From contig CM059435.1 of the NCBI GenBank assembly GCA_030390025.1, forward strand, positions 77,376,001 to 77,440,000: a stretch of DNA of 64,000 bases. Direction: 5' to 3'. Position 1 is the stretch's first letter; each line of letters begins with the position of its first letter. Below the pieces are notes generated by a model that saw only the letters and a list, made by a program, of their open reading frames with translations, was not told where the DNA came from and did not search any database. The position numbers and the translations under genes were made by a program. Shown here in pieces: positions 1-10,657 of this stretch. The stretch comes from Squalus acanthias. Taxonomy: Eukaryota.

Positions 1-3000
1 TTGTACAGCTTTTATTTATGTTCCAAATTCAGTTAACTATTTGGGAGTAGGAATAAAGATCTTCCACTGAAATTGCTGTGTAAAAATGGCTGTAAACCTT
101 TTATAAAAAAAAAAAAAAAAATACTGTAAAAGTTTTTATTTTTCAGCGCTGAAGTTCATGCCAACATTGGTTAGGCCCAACCAGGAATCCAGAATGAATT
201 ACCACTTTTTTTTTTAATGCTAGAAGTGTGAGGTGGTGCATTTTGGTAGGAAGAATGAGGCCACATACTGATTGGACAATGAGTTTAAAATGGGGTAGAG
301 GAACAAAAGCGATCTAGTGGTACCAATGCACAAATCAATAAAAGTAGCAACACAGGTTAATAAGGCCTTTTAATTTAAAAAAAAAAAAACAAGCACTGGG
401 ATTCATTTCTAGAGGGATGGAATTGAAAAGCAGAGATGTTATGTTGAACTTGTATAGAACCTTGGTTAGGCCACACTTGGAGTACTGTGCACAGTTCTGG
501 TCTCTATTATAAAAAGGATATGGAGGCACTGGAGAAGGTGCAAAAAAGATGTACTAGGATGATAGCAGAACTGAGAGGTTATACTTATTTGGAAAGGCTG
601 AAGAGGTTGGTGCTCTTCTCTAGAAAAGCAAAGGCTAAGGGTGACCTGATGGAGGTTTTTATGATTATGAAAGGGTTTGATGAGGTAGATGTAGAGAAAA
701 TGTTTCCACTTGGAGTCCAAAACTAGAGGTCATAAATATAAGAGAGTCACTAATAAATCCAATAGGGAATTCAGGAGAAACTTCTTTACCCAAAGAGTGG
801 TTAGAATGTGGAACGCAGTACCACGAGGAGCAGTTGAGGCGAATAGCATCGATAAATTTAAGGGGAAGATGGATGAGGGAGAAAGGAATAGAAGTGTATG
901 CTAATAGTTAGATAAAGAAGGGTGGGAGGAGGCTTGTGTGGAACATAAACACCGGCATGGATTAGTTAGCCTGTTTCTGTGCTGTAGACTCTATGTAATT
1001 CTATGTAACCATATCCTTTGATGGCATGATCAATATGGGTCTGAAATATGGTTATTGTTGGAGCTACTTATTTTGGTAAATACTGTTGGTTGAAATAACT
1101 CTTGCCATGCAGTTTTATTTTCAAGAATTTGCACAAATGCAATTTACGAATGAAAATGTTAAAACCGTGTCCTTTTTATATTGCCTTGAAAAAGACTGTG
1201 AAATTTTTTACATGTACTCAACTTATTTGCAGAATCCAACTGGGCCTTCTGATTTTTTTTTTTAATGATCGCAGTTTCTACAATCTCTTTTTTGTAGACT
1301 TGCAATAGTTTTTAAAATAATGCAGTTTTATTTTGTGACTGGTTGCTCAGTGCACCAGACAGTCACAGGAAGTCCACAACTAAATCAAGTCCAGGCCAAT
1401 TTTCTCCCATTGCTTAGTGTCCTGTGATCCAGTTTCATAAAATACAGCTCCCAGATCACAGGAAAAATGCAACCCCTTAGGGCCTTCCACATGAAGAGCC
1501 ATGCCATCTCCAGCTTCTTTTTCTCAAATCTTATTTTTAAAACTTGAAATAAAACTGGTTGTAACCTGTAATGTGAAACTTCTGAATTTTCTTTGAGTCT
1601 GCAAGACTACATTGTGACTGATTGTGTGAAACCTGGTGCAGGTTGTTGCAACTTGTCCTCTAACAAACAATTTGAAGCCAAGCTGTTGAGAAACAATTTA
1701 TTTTGAGATTGGATATTTGCAAAGGTTTCCAAATTAGATTTTTACAGAAATATACCGTTCATATCCATGTGTGCATCAAACAGGTCAGTTCTGTAGTAAT
1801 TTATGAATGCAGTTCAGGCGATGATTGCCAGCAACGTGGCTTTTGAAAATATTTGCATCTTAATGAGCCGAAAGTTAAGAATCCCATGAAACAGAATCTA
1901 ATTAGTATGTTTTGTGGAATATTTGGTATACAGCCAGTTCTGTTTAACCAGAAAAGCAATGAATCTGTACATTATTATTGTGATTCTTTTTAAAGCTAAT
2001 TTAAGTTGCTACTAGTTTTGGGCAGTGTTTTACGATTTGTAATTTCCTTGAATTTGGTGATTTTTTTTTTATGCTCTAGTGCTGGATTTTTTTCACCAGG
2101 TGTTATTGTAACCATATTTTTTTTTAAAACAGCTAAACTTGGCACAGACTTTTGAGTTGCTGGTTGTACAGGTCAAAAGCTTATGGCACTGTACATATCC
2201 ACTAAAATCAATTGCAGAGCACCCAGATAAATAGAAAACATGTAGATAGGTTAGTACTATGCAGAAAAGGGGGCAAATTGATGGAAGAGGCCTCTTCAAT
2301 CACAGTGCCCTGAAGAGTCTGGGGATGTGGCTATGATCTGTTTTAAAATATGTAGGAGTTGTAAACAGAGAAGCTACTTCTCTCCACAAATCAAAAATAT
2401 ATTTGATGGTATTAACTATATTAATCTTACTCGGTAATTCCACACTGAAGCCTCTAAATGTGCTAAAGCAGCTGCAAAGAATGCAGTCCGGTTTATATTT
2501 TCATGTGTGAAATGGTTGCTTTCAAACCAGGGTAAAAGGTATTTTTACTGTTAATTTATTATAGTGAGCATTAGTGAGTTTTTAATGCATATTCATTAAA
2601 ATCCTAGATATGCGTGGGAATGCACCTTTTAAATGTTTCTTGCACTTTTAGGTGATTCTAATTTGATTTATTCCCTTATATATTTCTGTTCCCAGTGTAC
2701 ATGAGGAAGATTTGTCAATCGTTGATTAGGAATGCATCAAAAGTATCCGTGATTCGAATTGTAAGTGAGAAGTAAAATAATGTATTAAAGAACTTGCATC
2801 CAAAGTGTTTGTTAAGCAACGTCCAGATGCATATTCACCATGATCAGAATTTTGTTTTGTGCTGTAATGTGTACATCACTTTTGGGATTTTCACTTCAAG
2901 TAAACATTCCAATCTGTGTTTAATGGCAGATTTTTGCTGCTAAAATTTGGATTTTGTAGTGATTGGGGGGAGAGTGGCAGGTATGAAAATAAGGGTTTAT

Positions 3001-4120
3001 TTAATGATGGGAAAATAAGCGATTAGGATGTTTTAAGTGAACCATAATGGGTGGGATGTTGAGGAAAAACGGGTTTATGCAATGCAAGCATTCTAGATGC
3101 CGTTTACATGAAGAGTTGTGTCAAGTATTCGAATGCAAGACTTCAGATAATATTATGCAACTTCATATTCAGGATTTTTATCATCATTTTAACTATTTAA
3201 ATCATGAAGTTCTCTAATTCTAATTTCTCAGTAAATGTCTCAATTATTTAGAAAGATGCCAATCCTGTTTGGTTTCCAGCATAGTTCTTTACATCAATCT
3301 AAGCCAATTCAGTTTTTTTTTAAATTACATTGCTGGACTCCAAAACAAATGACTAATTGAAACAGAATGGACTCAAATTTGTTGTTGGAATTGCACCCTG
3401 CCTTCTAAGGATTATGGAATTTTCTGTATATTTCATCCTGTATTGCCTAATAAAAGGGATTCTGTTGTCTTAAAAGATTTGGAAGACATTGATGTGATAT
3501 TTTTGCCATTTTGCATTTAAAAAAATCTTGTTGCTCCATGTCTAAATGCCTTTGTTGTAAAACTTACTGTGATATGAGCATTTAGCTTTTTACGTTCTCC
3601 TCTGTTTGTCTCTATATATGTCAGCGCTACTTAATGTGAGGAAATGCACATTTCAGTGAGGGCCAGTTTAATTTTGTTGCTTGGAATTAATTTAAGGACT
3701 TGTTAAGTGCTTTGTCTTAATTTAATCTGAAAATATTTTAATTTGGTAAATGTACTTTTATTATATATTCAGCTGATGGTTTTTTAAACAACCCCCCCAA
3801 TTAAAAAAAAAAAAGAAGTTTGACTGGGAATAAAGCCTTATTTGAATCGACTGAACAAAGAACTTTTCAATTTCTGCCCCAAAACATGAGGGACTTCCTA
3901 TCATGGCATGTAGTGTATTAATAATATCCCCACCATCTAAACCTAATGGCTCTCACTAAGTGTGCTTTCCATCAACAGCTAATAACCCATATTTTTGAAG
4001 TGCATTGTCCTGTTGCAGGATATCAAATAAAACCTGGCAAAAACACTTGAAAATAGAAATGAAAATATGTAAATCAGTAAGTATTTGCATGAATAAAATG
4101 TGGTTTTCCAGAGATATTAC
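1..4120 (+). other. Probable 3' UTR of a convergent plus-strand gene (possibly NUP50)
   Basis: U-rich, repeat-poor sequence with several AATAAA hexamers (e.g. 4092-4097); TE density rises just after ~4400. In human, NUP50 lies tail-to-tail with KIAA0930. No coding exon is seen, so identity is inference only. Confidence 0.3.
222..1008 (+). mobile_element. CR1-type LINE, 5'-truncated 3' fragment
   Basis: Frameshifted RT C-terminal pieces (ALEKVQKRCTRMI, TRGHKYK, RRNFFTQRVVRMWN) ending in a ctatgtaattctatgtaa microsatellite tail. Confidence 0.9.
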
Positions 4121-4399
4121 TATTTCCCCTTCTTGTAAAAGAGTGGATTGTTTTACTGTCATGAGTATATTTATATTACAAGATGATTTTATTCAAATAT
4201 AGTGAAATATAGATGTTAACTGAAATAGATGTTATCAGTAACACTTCATCTTCTTGTCACTTGACTATCAAATGTTTATTTTCTGTTCTGATAGATTACT
4301 GAATGAATGAGTGAGTAATGTAATTACTTCCCTCATGTTTCAACTTCCATCCTCCAAATCATACTATTTGACAAAATTGAAACTTTCTGCCCCCTGACG

Positions 4400-4641
4400 A
4401 ACTCCTTTTAAAAATTATTTATGGAATTAGCTTCCACCACCTTTTCAAGTAGAGCGTTCCAGATCCCGACAACTCTGAGTGAAAACATTTCTCCTCCTCT
4501 CCCCTCTAGATCTTTTGCCAATGATGTTAAATCTATGACCTCTGGTTATTGACCCACTCTCCAGAGGGAATAGTTTTTCTCTATCTACTCTATTAAAACC
4601 TCTTTATCTTGAAAACCTCTTGGGTCACCTCTTAACCTTCT
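4400..4641 (-). mobile_element. CR1 LINE 3' fragment
   Basis: Reverse complement matches the CR1 C-terminal/3' region (RRLRGD..., gggtcaataaccagaggtcatagatttaac). Confidence 0.75.
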
Positions 4642-4649
4642 ATGATTAA

Positions 4650-5090
4650 TGCAAAGATGTGTGAAGTAACGCACACGTGGGAGGAAAAACAAGAAATGGG
4701 AGTATAAAAGTGTGAGTGCAGGCAGATAAAGCCATAAAATGCCAATAGCATAATGGGCTTTATAAATATGGTCTTTGTGTACGAAGGCTAAGGTAATGGT
4801 AAATTTGTACATGGCAATGGTTAAGCCACAGTTAAGAGTGCAGTGTGCCGTTTTGAGCTTCTTATGGAAAGGACATAAAAACCATAGAGAACATGCAGCA
4901 TACATGGGATGATAAATTATAGTTATGATGAGAGACAAGATATTGGGAATATTTTCTATGTAGCAGTGAAGGCTCAGAGGTGATGTAATACAACTTTTAA
5001 AATTATGAAGAGTTTCAATGTGATGAATTGGGAAAGACTACTTCCTCTAGTTGGGGAGTCAGTGATGAGCAATCATAAATGTAAAATTGT
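4650..5090 (+). mobile_element. Degenerate CR1 LINE fragment
   Basis: Eroded similarity to the CR1 copy at 222-1008 (tgtgaagt..., ggttaagccacagtta, aggctcagaggtgat, tttaaaattatgaag). Confidence 0.65.
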
Positions 5091-5136
5091 TAGGTAGTGC
5101 CACAAGTTTTGGATTAGTAGCAAGGAGCTGACACAG

Positions 5137-6590
5137 TACATAATCTAGGTTGGCACTCAGTGACGCTTCTGTGTGTACACTGGCACCTAGAAGAGCAGAT
5201 ATAGGACATTGAACAACGGACTCCCACAGGGTTCTGTCCTGGCACCCATATTATTTAAAGTTTACACCAGTGACCTGCCCGAAACAGAGTCCCGCAAGTT
5301 CGTATACGCTGCTGACGTTGCCTTGGCCACGCAAAACATGAATCTGTCCATCACCGAGGAGACCCTGACCAGTGATTTACAGAGGATGGAGGCCTACTTC
5401 TGCCGATGGCGACTTCAGCTAAACCTGCAAAAGACAGTCACCTCGACATTCTGCCTCAACACCCATCAAGCAAACCAAGCTTTGAAAGCCTCCTTTTGCA
5501 GCGCAGAGGTAAACCATGCCAAAAAAACCCTCCTATTTAGGAGTCACGCTCGATCGCACCCTGTCGTTTAGACAGCATCTCCAGAACTGTGGGAAGAAAC
5601 CAAAGAGTAGGGTCAACTTGATCCAGAAACTCGCCAGATCCACATGGGGAGCAGATGCTCAAACCCTCCATATGGCAGCACTCGCCCTGGTGTACTCCAC
5701 AGCAGAGCACTGCTCTCCGGCATGGCTATCAAGTCTGCATGTCAAATCCGTTGATGTCCAGCTGAACTCTACTATGAGAATGATCACCGGTATGCTTTTA
5801 TCAACACCAACACCTTGGCTGCCCGTGCTTGCAAACATCGCACCACCACACCTACGCCGTGAATATGCAGTCTCCAGAGAATACAACCACTACACCAGCA
5901 AAGACATGCCAATCCAGCCCGACATGAACAACCTACCACCAACCCGTCTCAAATCTAGAAGGCCATTTTGGACCGTCGCTGAAGCCCTTCAGTGATCTTC
6001 CCTCAGCCTTGATGTCCGATGGCGAAATGCTTGGAAGAACAGTGACATACAGTATGGATTCCTTATAGAGGACCCCACAGTACAACCTGAAGGATCAAAC
6101 CTTCCTCGCAAACAGTGGGCAACCATCAACCGCCTCCGAACCAGTCGTGGTAGATGCTGCCACCTTCACCATAGATGGAAGATTAAAGCATCCCCATCAT
6201 ACGACTGTGGAGCTCCTAATCAGACCCTGGAGCACATCATTGAGCACTGCCCTCAGGAAATTCGCAGGCAGCCGACAAGATATCCATGCTGTTACACCAG
6301 AAGCTTTGGCCTGATATCTGACTTGGATATTGACATTTGATTTGCTACTACCATACGAAAGAAGAAGAGTGCTGCATTGTTGACTATGCTTATGCTTTGG
6401 ATGAGACATTAAATTGAAGCACTGGACACTAAAGATCCCATGGCACTATTCAAAAGATGGGCAGGGAGTGTACCAGTGTCCAGGCCCAATATTTGTCCCG
6501 CAAACAACACCACAAAAACCAGATCAACTGTTCATCTCATTGCTATTATGGCATTTTGCTGTGTGCAAAATGGCAGTCACATTTGGGTCT
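5137..6590 (+). mobile_element. SacSINE1-like Deu-SINE split by the Vingi-like LINE
   Basis: 5137-5162 (ataatctaggttggcactcagtg) and 6367-6590 (gagtgctgcattgt...aaagatcccatggcactatt...gctgtgtgcaaaatggc) are collinear with the SINE copies at 26537-28264 and 33270-33450. Confidence 0.7.
5163..6367 (+). mobile_element. I-group (Ingi/Vingi-like) non-LTR retrotransposon, 5'-truncated
   Basis: RT motifs NNGLPQGSVLAPILF, FVYAAD (decayed YADD), YLGVTLDRTL, WGADAQTL, STPTPWLPVLANIAPPHLRR; a C-terminal Zn-knuckle remnant (DCGAPNQTLEHIIEHCP near 6200-6252); tail tacgaaagaagaag. Clade assignment is from motif recognition. Confidence 0.8.
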
Positions 6591-7569
6591 GTTTCACCCA
6601 AAGATCCCAGGTTCAAATGGTGCAGTACTCCAATTTACAGTAATACAAATACATTTTATTTAGAAAGCACAGTTCAGTAATGGCACTTTCTGCTATCCTA
6701 TCCTAGTCCCTCCCCAGCTGCTCTTCCTTGGTTCTATGTTTTTATCTATATCTATATCTATATCTATATCATTGTATTCAGGAATCGTGCCTCCTTCTCA
6801 GCTCCAGCCTTTACAACCGCAGCCTATGACCTTTGGGCCTAGAAGGCAATTCAGTCTGTTTTCTAATTGTAGGTACTTTTTCTCTCCAAAATAATCTGCC
6901 CGTCTGTGTGTGTTTGGGGGCGGGGTGGGTGTGGAACCTATGCTTGGACCTGTTGTCTTGCACAGAACGTGCTGAATTTAAGCCTGTCCCTACTATTCTG
7001 TCATCTTAGTTTTTGCAAGATTTTACTTTTGGCCATGTTTGATGGCTATATATTTTTTTCACCCTTAATGAGACTTCAGTTCCTGTGTATCCAGAGCTCC
7101 TTTTCAGACAAAAAGTCCTGATACATAGTGTGCATCAGGTCAGATTGGTGGTCTTTCTGATTCCATAATGCAACTCTCTCTTTGGAGTTCATTAATCACT
7201 AGTTGAAGCATCAGTCAGACTGAAAACTTAATACATGTGTTACCTGCTGTGGTACCTTTTTGAGGAACCCTCCAATGATGAGGGGGGAATTTCTATGCCC
7301 TTCCCCAACTGACAGTCTTATCAATGCCATCAAATCAATCCAACCTATCCTGGATTTATGAAACTTTGGGACACTATAGTGTGAGAAGGCCATTTGTGAT
7401 GGCATCTTTCTCACTGATGGGGGCAAATTATGCAACTCCAAACATCTAGAGTGATCAAAAATGAAAGTTGGGAGAGCAGGAGAAAAATAGTATTTACTGA
7501 ACAAATACTGAAAAAGGTACTCATAAACTGGAACCTTTTTCAATAATTAATGATGTGGCAGGTAACATT

Positions 7570-8286
7570 TGTGCCAGGCAATGACTATCTCCAACAAACG
7601 AAAGTCTAACCACCGACCTTTGACATTCAACGGCATTGCCATCGCCGAATCTCCCACCATCAACATCCTGGGGGTCACCATTGACCAGAAACTTAACTGG
7701 ACCAGCCACATAAAAAATGTGGCAACAAGAGCAGGTCAGAGGCTGGGTATTCTGCGGCAAGTGTCTTACCTCCTGACTCCCCAAAGCCTTTCCGCAATCT
7801 ACAAGGCACAAGTAAGGAGTGTGATTGAATACTCTCCACTTGCCTGGATGAGTGCAGCTCCAACAACACTGGAAGCTCGACACCATCCAAGACAAAGCAG
7901 CCTGGTTGATTGGCACCCCATCCTCCACCATTGGCGTACCGTGGCTGCAGTGTGTACCATCTACAAGATGCACTGCAGCAACTCACCAAAGCCTCTTCGG
8001 CAGCACCTCCCAAACCCGCGACCTCTATCTCCTAGAAGGACAAGGGCAGCAGGTGCATGGGAACACCACCACCTCCAAGTCATGCACCATCCTGACTTGG
8101 AAGTATGTCGCCATTCCTTCATCGTCGCTGGGTCAAAATCCTGGAACTCCCTCCCTAACACCACACGGACTGCAGTAGTTCAAGGCGGTGGCTCACTACC
8201 ACCTTCTCAAGGGCAACTAGGGATGGGCAGTAAATGCTGGCCTTGCCAGCGACGCCCACATTCCATGAACGAATAAAAAAAAAAAA
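7570..8286 (+). mobile_element. CR1/L2-group LINE 3' fragment
   Basis: ORF with INILGVTIDQKLNWTSHI, IYKAQVRSVIEYSPLAW, SFIVAGSKSWNSLP; ends gccagcgacgcccacattccatgaacgaataaaa plus an A-tail. Confidence 0.9.
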
Positions 8287-8494
8287 TTACAAACTGAAAT
8301 AATCCCACTCATTATACCTGAAAGGTTCAGCATTGTTTTGCCTTCAGTTTATGCAGCTAACCTCATTATAAAGAGGAGCAGAAATTACCCATTCTTTCCA
8401 CCTCCTTTTAAAGGTGCTGATTTTGCTGAGTATATCAACCACCATATGGTTACCATCAATCTTGCAGTGCCTGATTCAGAGAGCCATTCTTTGT

Positions 8495-8800
8495 GTGAGC
8501 CTAGATAGCAAGTTTCAGCTGTTTATTCAACTGCAGGGGGAAATCACAGCCAAGCGCTGTGCTGTCCTCACTCTATGTCCACACGTGCACACTTGCAGCA
8601 AGAGTTCGTTGGATAGTCATCTGGAGTAGGAATCATTGCTGAACTTTTTTCTTCCCTAACCCAAGGACATCTAAGCCTGTTATAGTATCCCATGTACAGC
8701 TCTGACTGAGATCAGGTAATTCGGTTCAGACTCAAGATTGAACCTGGGACCTTGTTGGTCTTAATGGCTCATCTAGTTGCTGCCAAAGTTAACTGAGCAA
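8495..8800 (-). mobile_element. tRNA-derived SINE (abundant family; other copies near 13200-13330, 37290-37460, 38630-38930, 45830-46160, 51330-51540)
   Basis: B-box-like ggtcccaggttcaatc on the minus strand; shared blocks gtgagcctaga, ctggatag and ctgagatcagcta recur at the listed positions. Confidence 0.7.
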
Positions 8801-9782
8801 TTAGGGTAATCAGTGTTCATTAATGAATGGTATCTATGCCTGGTTTTGTTCATGTAATATTTGCTTGTAACCTTGACCTGTAAAGTGCGTGATAAAACTT
8901 ATGAATAAGACGACTTAATGTGTTTGTCTGGTATAAATGATATTTCATTTGCTTACACACAGCAGCTATAGCATTATCTGTTCTGGCCAGCCAGAAAAGT
9001 ATATTTTATTTGACTAATGTTCTTTTTATATAAACTCCTTTTTATATTTCACAGCAATACAGTAATACTAAGTGCAGCTGTTAGAATTAGACTTTACATA
9101 AAAGTAAAATACTTGGACTTTGCATTTTTTTAAAGAACAAAATTCTGTGCATTTTCTAAGTGTTGTATTGGTGCTCCTTTGCTGGCTGTAGCAGGATGCT
9201 TCGCTGACCAGAAGTTGCTGAGTTAGCTGACTTCAACTGCGTAGCCTCTGCTTGGCTTAGGGAGCTGGGCAGCTGTACCGCTGGCTGGTATTTTCCACAA
9301 TTTATCACAACCCAATAGGAAGGTTTATACGGTAATGCAGGCAAATGAGCAAACAAAGTTTAGTTGCTACTGCAATAATTTCTCCGCTTATACAGCACAC
9401 TACTACAGAACATTATACAGATAAATATCTACCTAATTCAACAGCATAGCCAGTTGTACACAGTTGGATGTAGTTCTTATCCCCTTTTAATGTAAAAATG
9501 CAACATTTTCCATGGGAGCAAGTCCCATACCTTCTAGAAATGCTTTACTTGTTCCCCATGCCTCCTTGGCAAGGCTGTAATGGAACTGGTGCCTTCATAG
9601 CTTAGCAATTACTTGTTTCTCTCAATATTCAGTGCACTGCAACAGCTAATTTGCTGTCCCGAGAGATCTGGACAGAAATCCTATACTTCATTCACTGATT
9701 TTATTCCTGCTAGTTCTGGCTGCAGCTTGTACCAGGATTGGACTTTGGTGCAAATGGGAGTTCCTGGCCTGTGATAAATCAT

Positions 9783-9903
9783 GATGCGGAGATGCCGGTG
9801 TTGGACTGGGGTGGACAAAAGTGAGAAGTCGCACAACACCAGGTTATAGTCCAACAGCTTTATTTGAAATCACAAGCTTTTGGAGCGGCTGCTCCTTCGT
9901 CAC
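9783..9903 (-). mobile_element. Penelope-like terminal repeat fragment with degenerate hammerhead core
   Basis: Minus strand reads gTGACGA-A-GGAGC-agcc-GCTCC-aAAAGCTT followed by aataaagctgttggactataacctggtg: the layout of a minimal type I hammerhead with C3 and G12 changed. Confidence 0.7.
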
Positions 9904-10242
9904 CTTACTGCCCCTGAATCTTTTAGCAAAATCTTAGACCAGCAGGGAGCTGGTGTCTTCCTAGCTTAGTAATTGCTCATATTCTCAAAACATTGATGTC
10001 ATTTAATAGAAACAACATTTGTAGAAGACCTAAAGCGACAAACTCCTTTGCTGCCTGAGACTTTGAACTGATACCTTCCTGGCTTAGCAAAGTAGCAGTT
10101 CCCAACCAGAGCTGTTGCAGAACCTTTTGCAAAAGATTTTTAGGAAATATGCTTTTTCTTGCTTTAATGTGCAAACCATTGAGAAGATTTAGTCCATAGG
10201 CAAGCGAATAAGACTATAGGGGCTACAACAGGCCAATGCATT

Positions 10243-10657
10243 TTAAAAAAATTTATCCATTCACGGGATGTGGGCGACACTGGCAAGGCCAGCATTTATT
10301 GCCCATCCCTAATTGCCCTTGAAGGTGATGGTGAGCTGCCTTCTTGACAACTGAGTGGCTTGCTAGGCCACAGAGGGCAGTTAAGTCAACCAGTTGCTGT
10401 GGGTCTGGAGTCGCATGTAGGCCAGACCAGGTAAGGATGGCAAATTTCCTTCCCTAAAGGACATTAGTGAACCAGATTGGGTATTTAACAATCTGGTAGT
10501 TTCATGGTCACCATTACTGATGCTAGTTTTTAATTCCAGATTTATTTAATTAACTGAATTTAAATTCCTAACATGGTGGGATTTGAACTCATGTCCCTAG
10601 ATCATTAATCCAGGCCTGCTGGATTACTAGTCCAGTAACAGAACTACTATGCTACCA
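10243..10657 (-). mobile_element. Full-length tRNA-derived SINE sharing its 3' tail with the LINE at 7570-8286
   Basis: Head ggtagcatagtag...gagttcaaatcccaccatg (A/B boxes); the last ~100 nt closely match 8180-8280. Confidence 0.85.
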
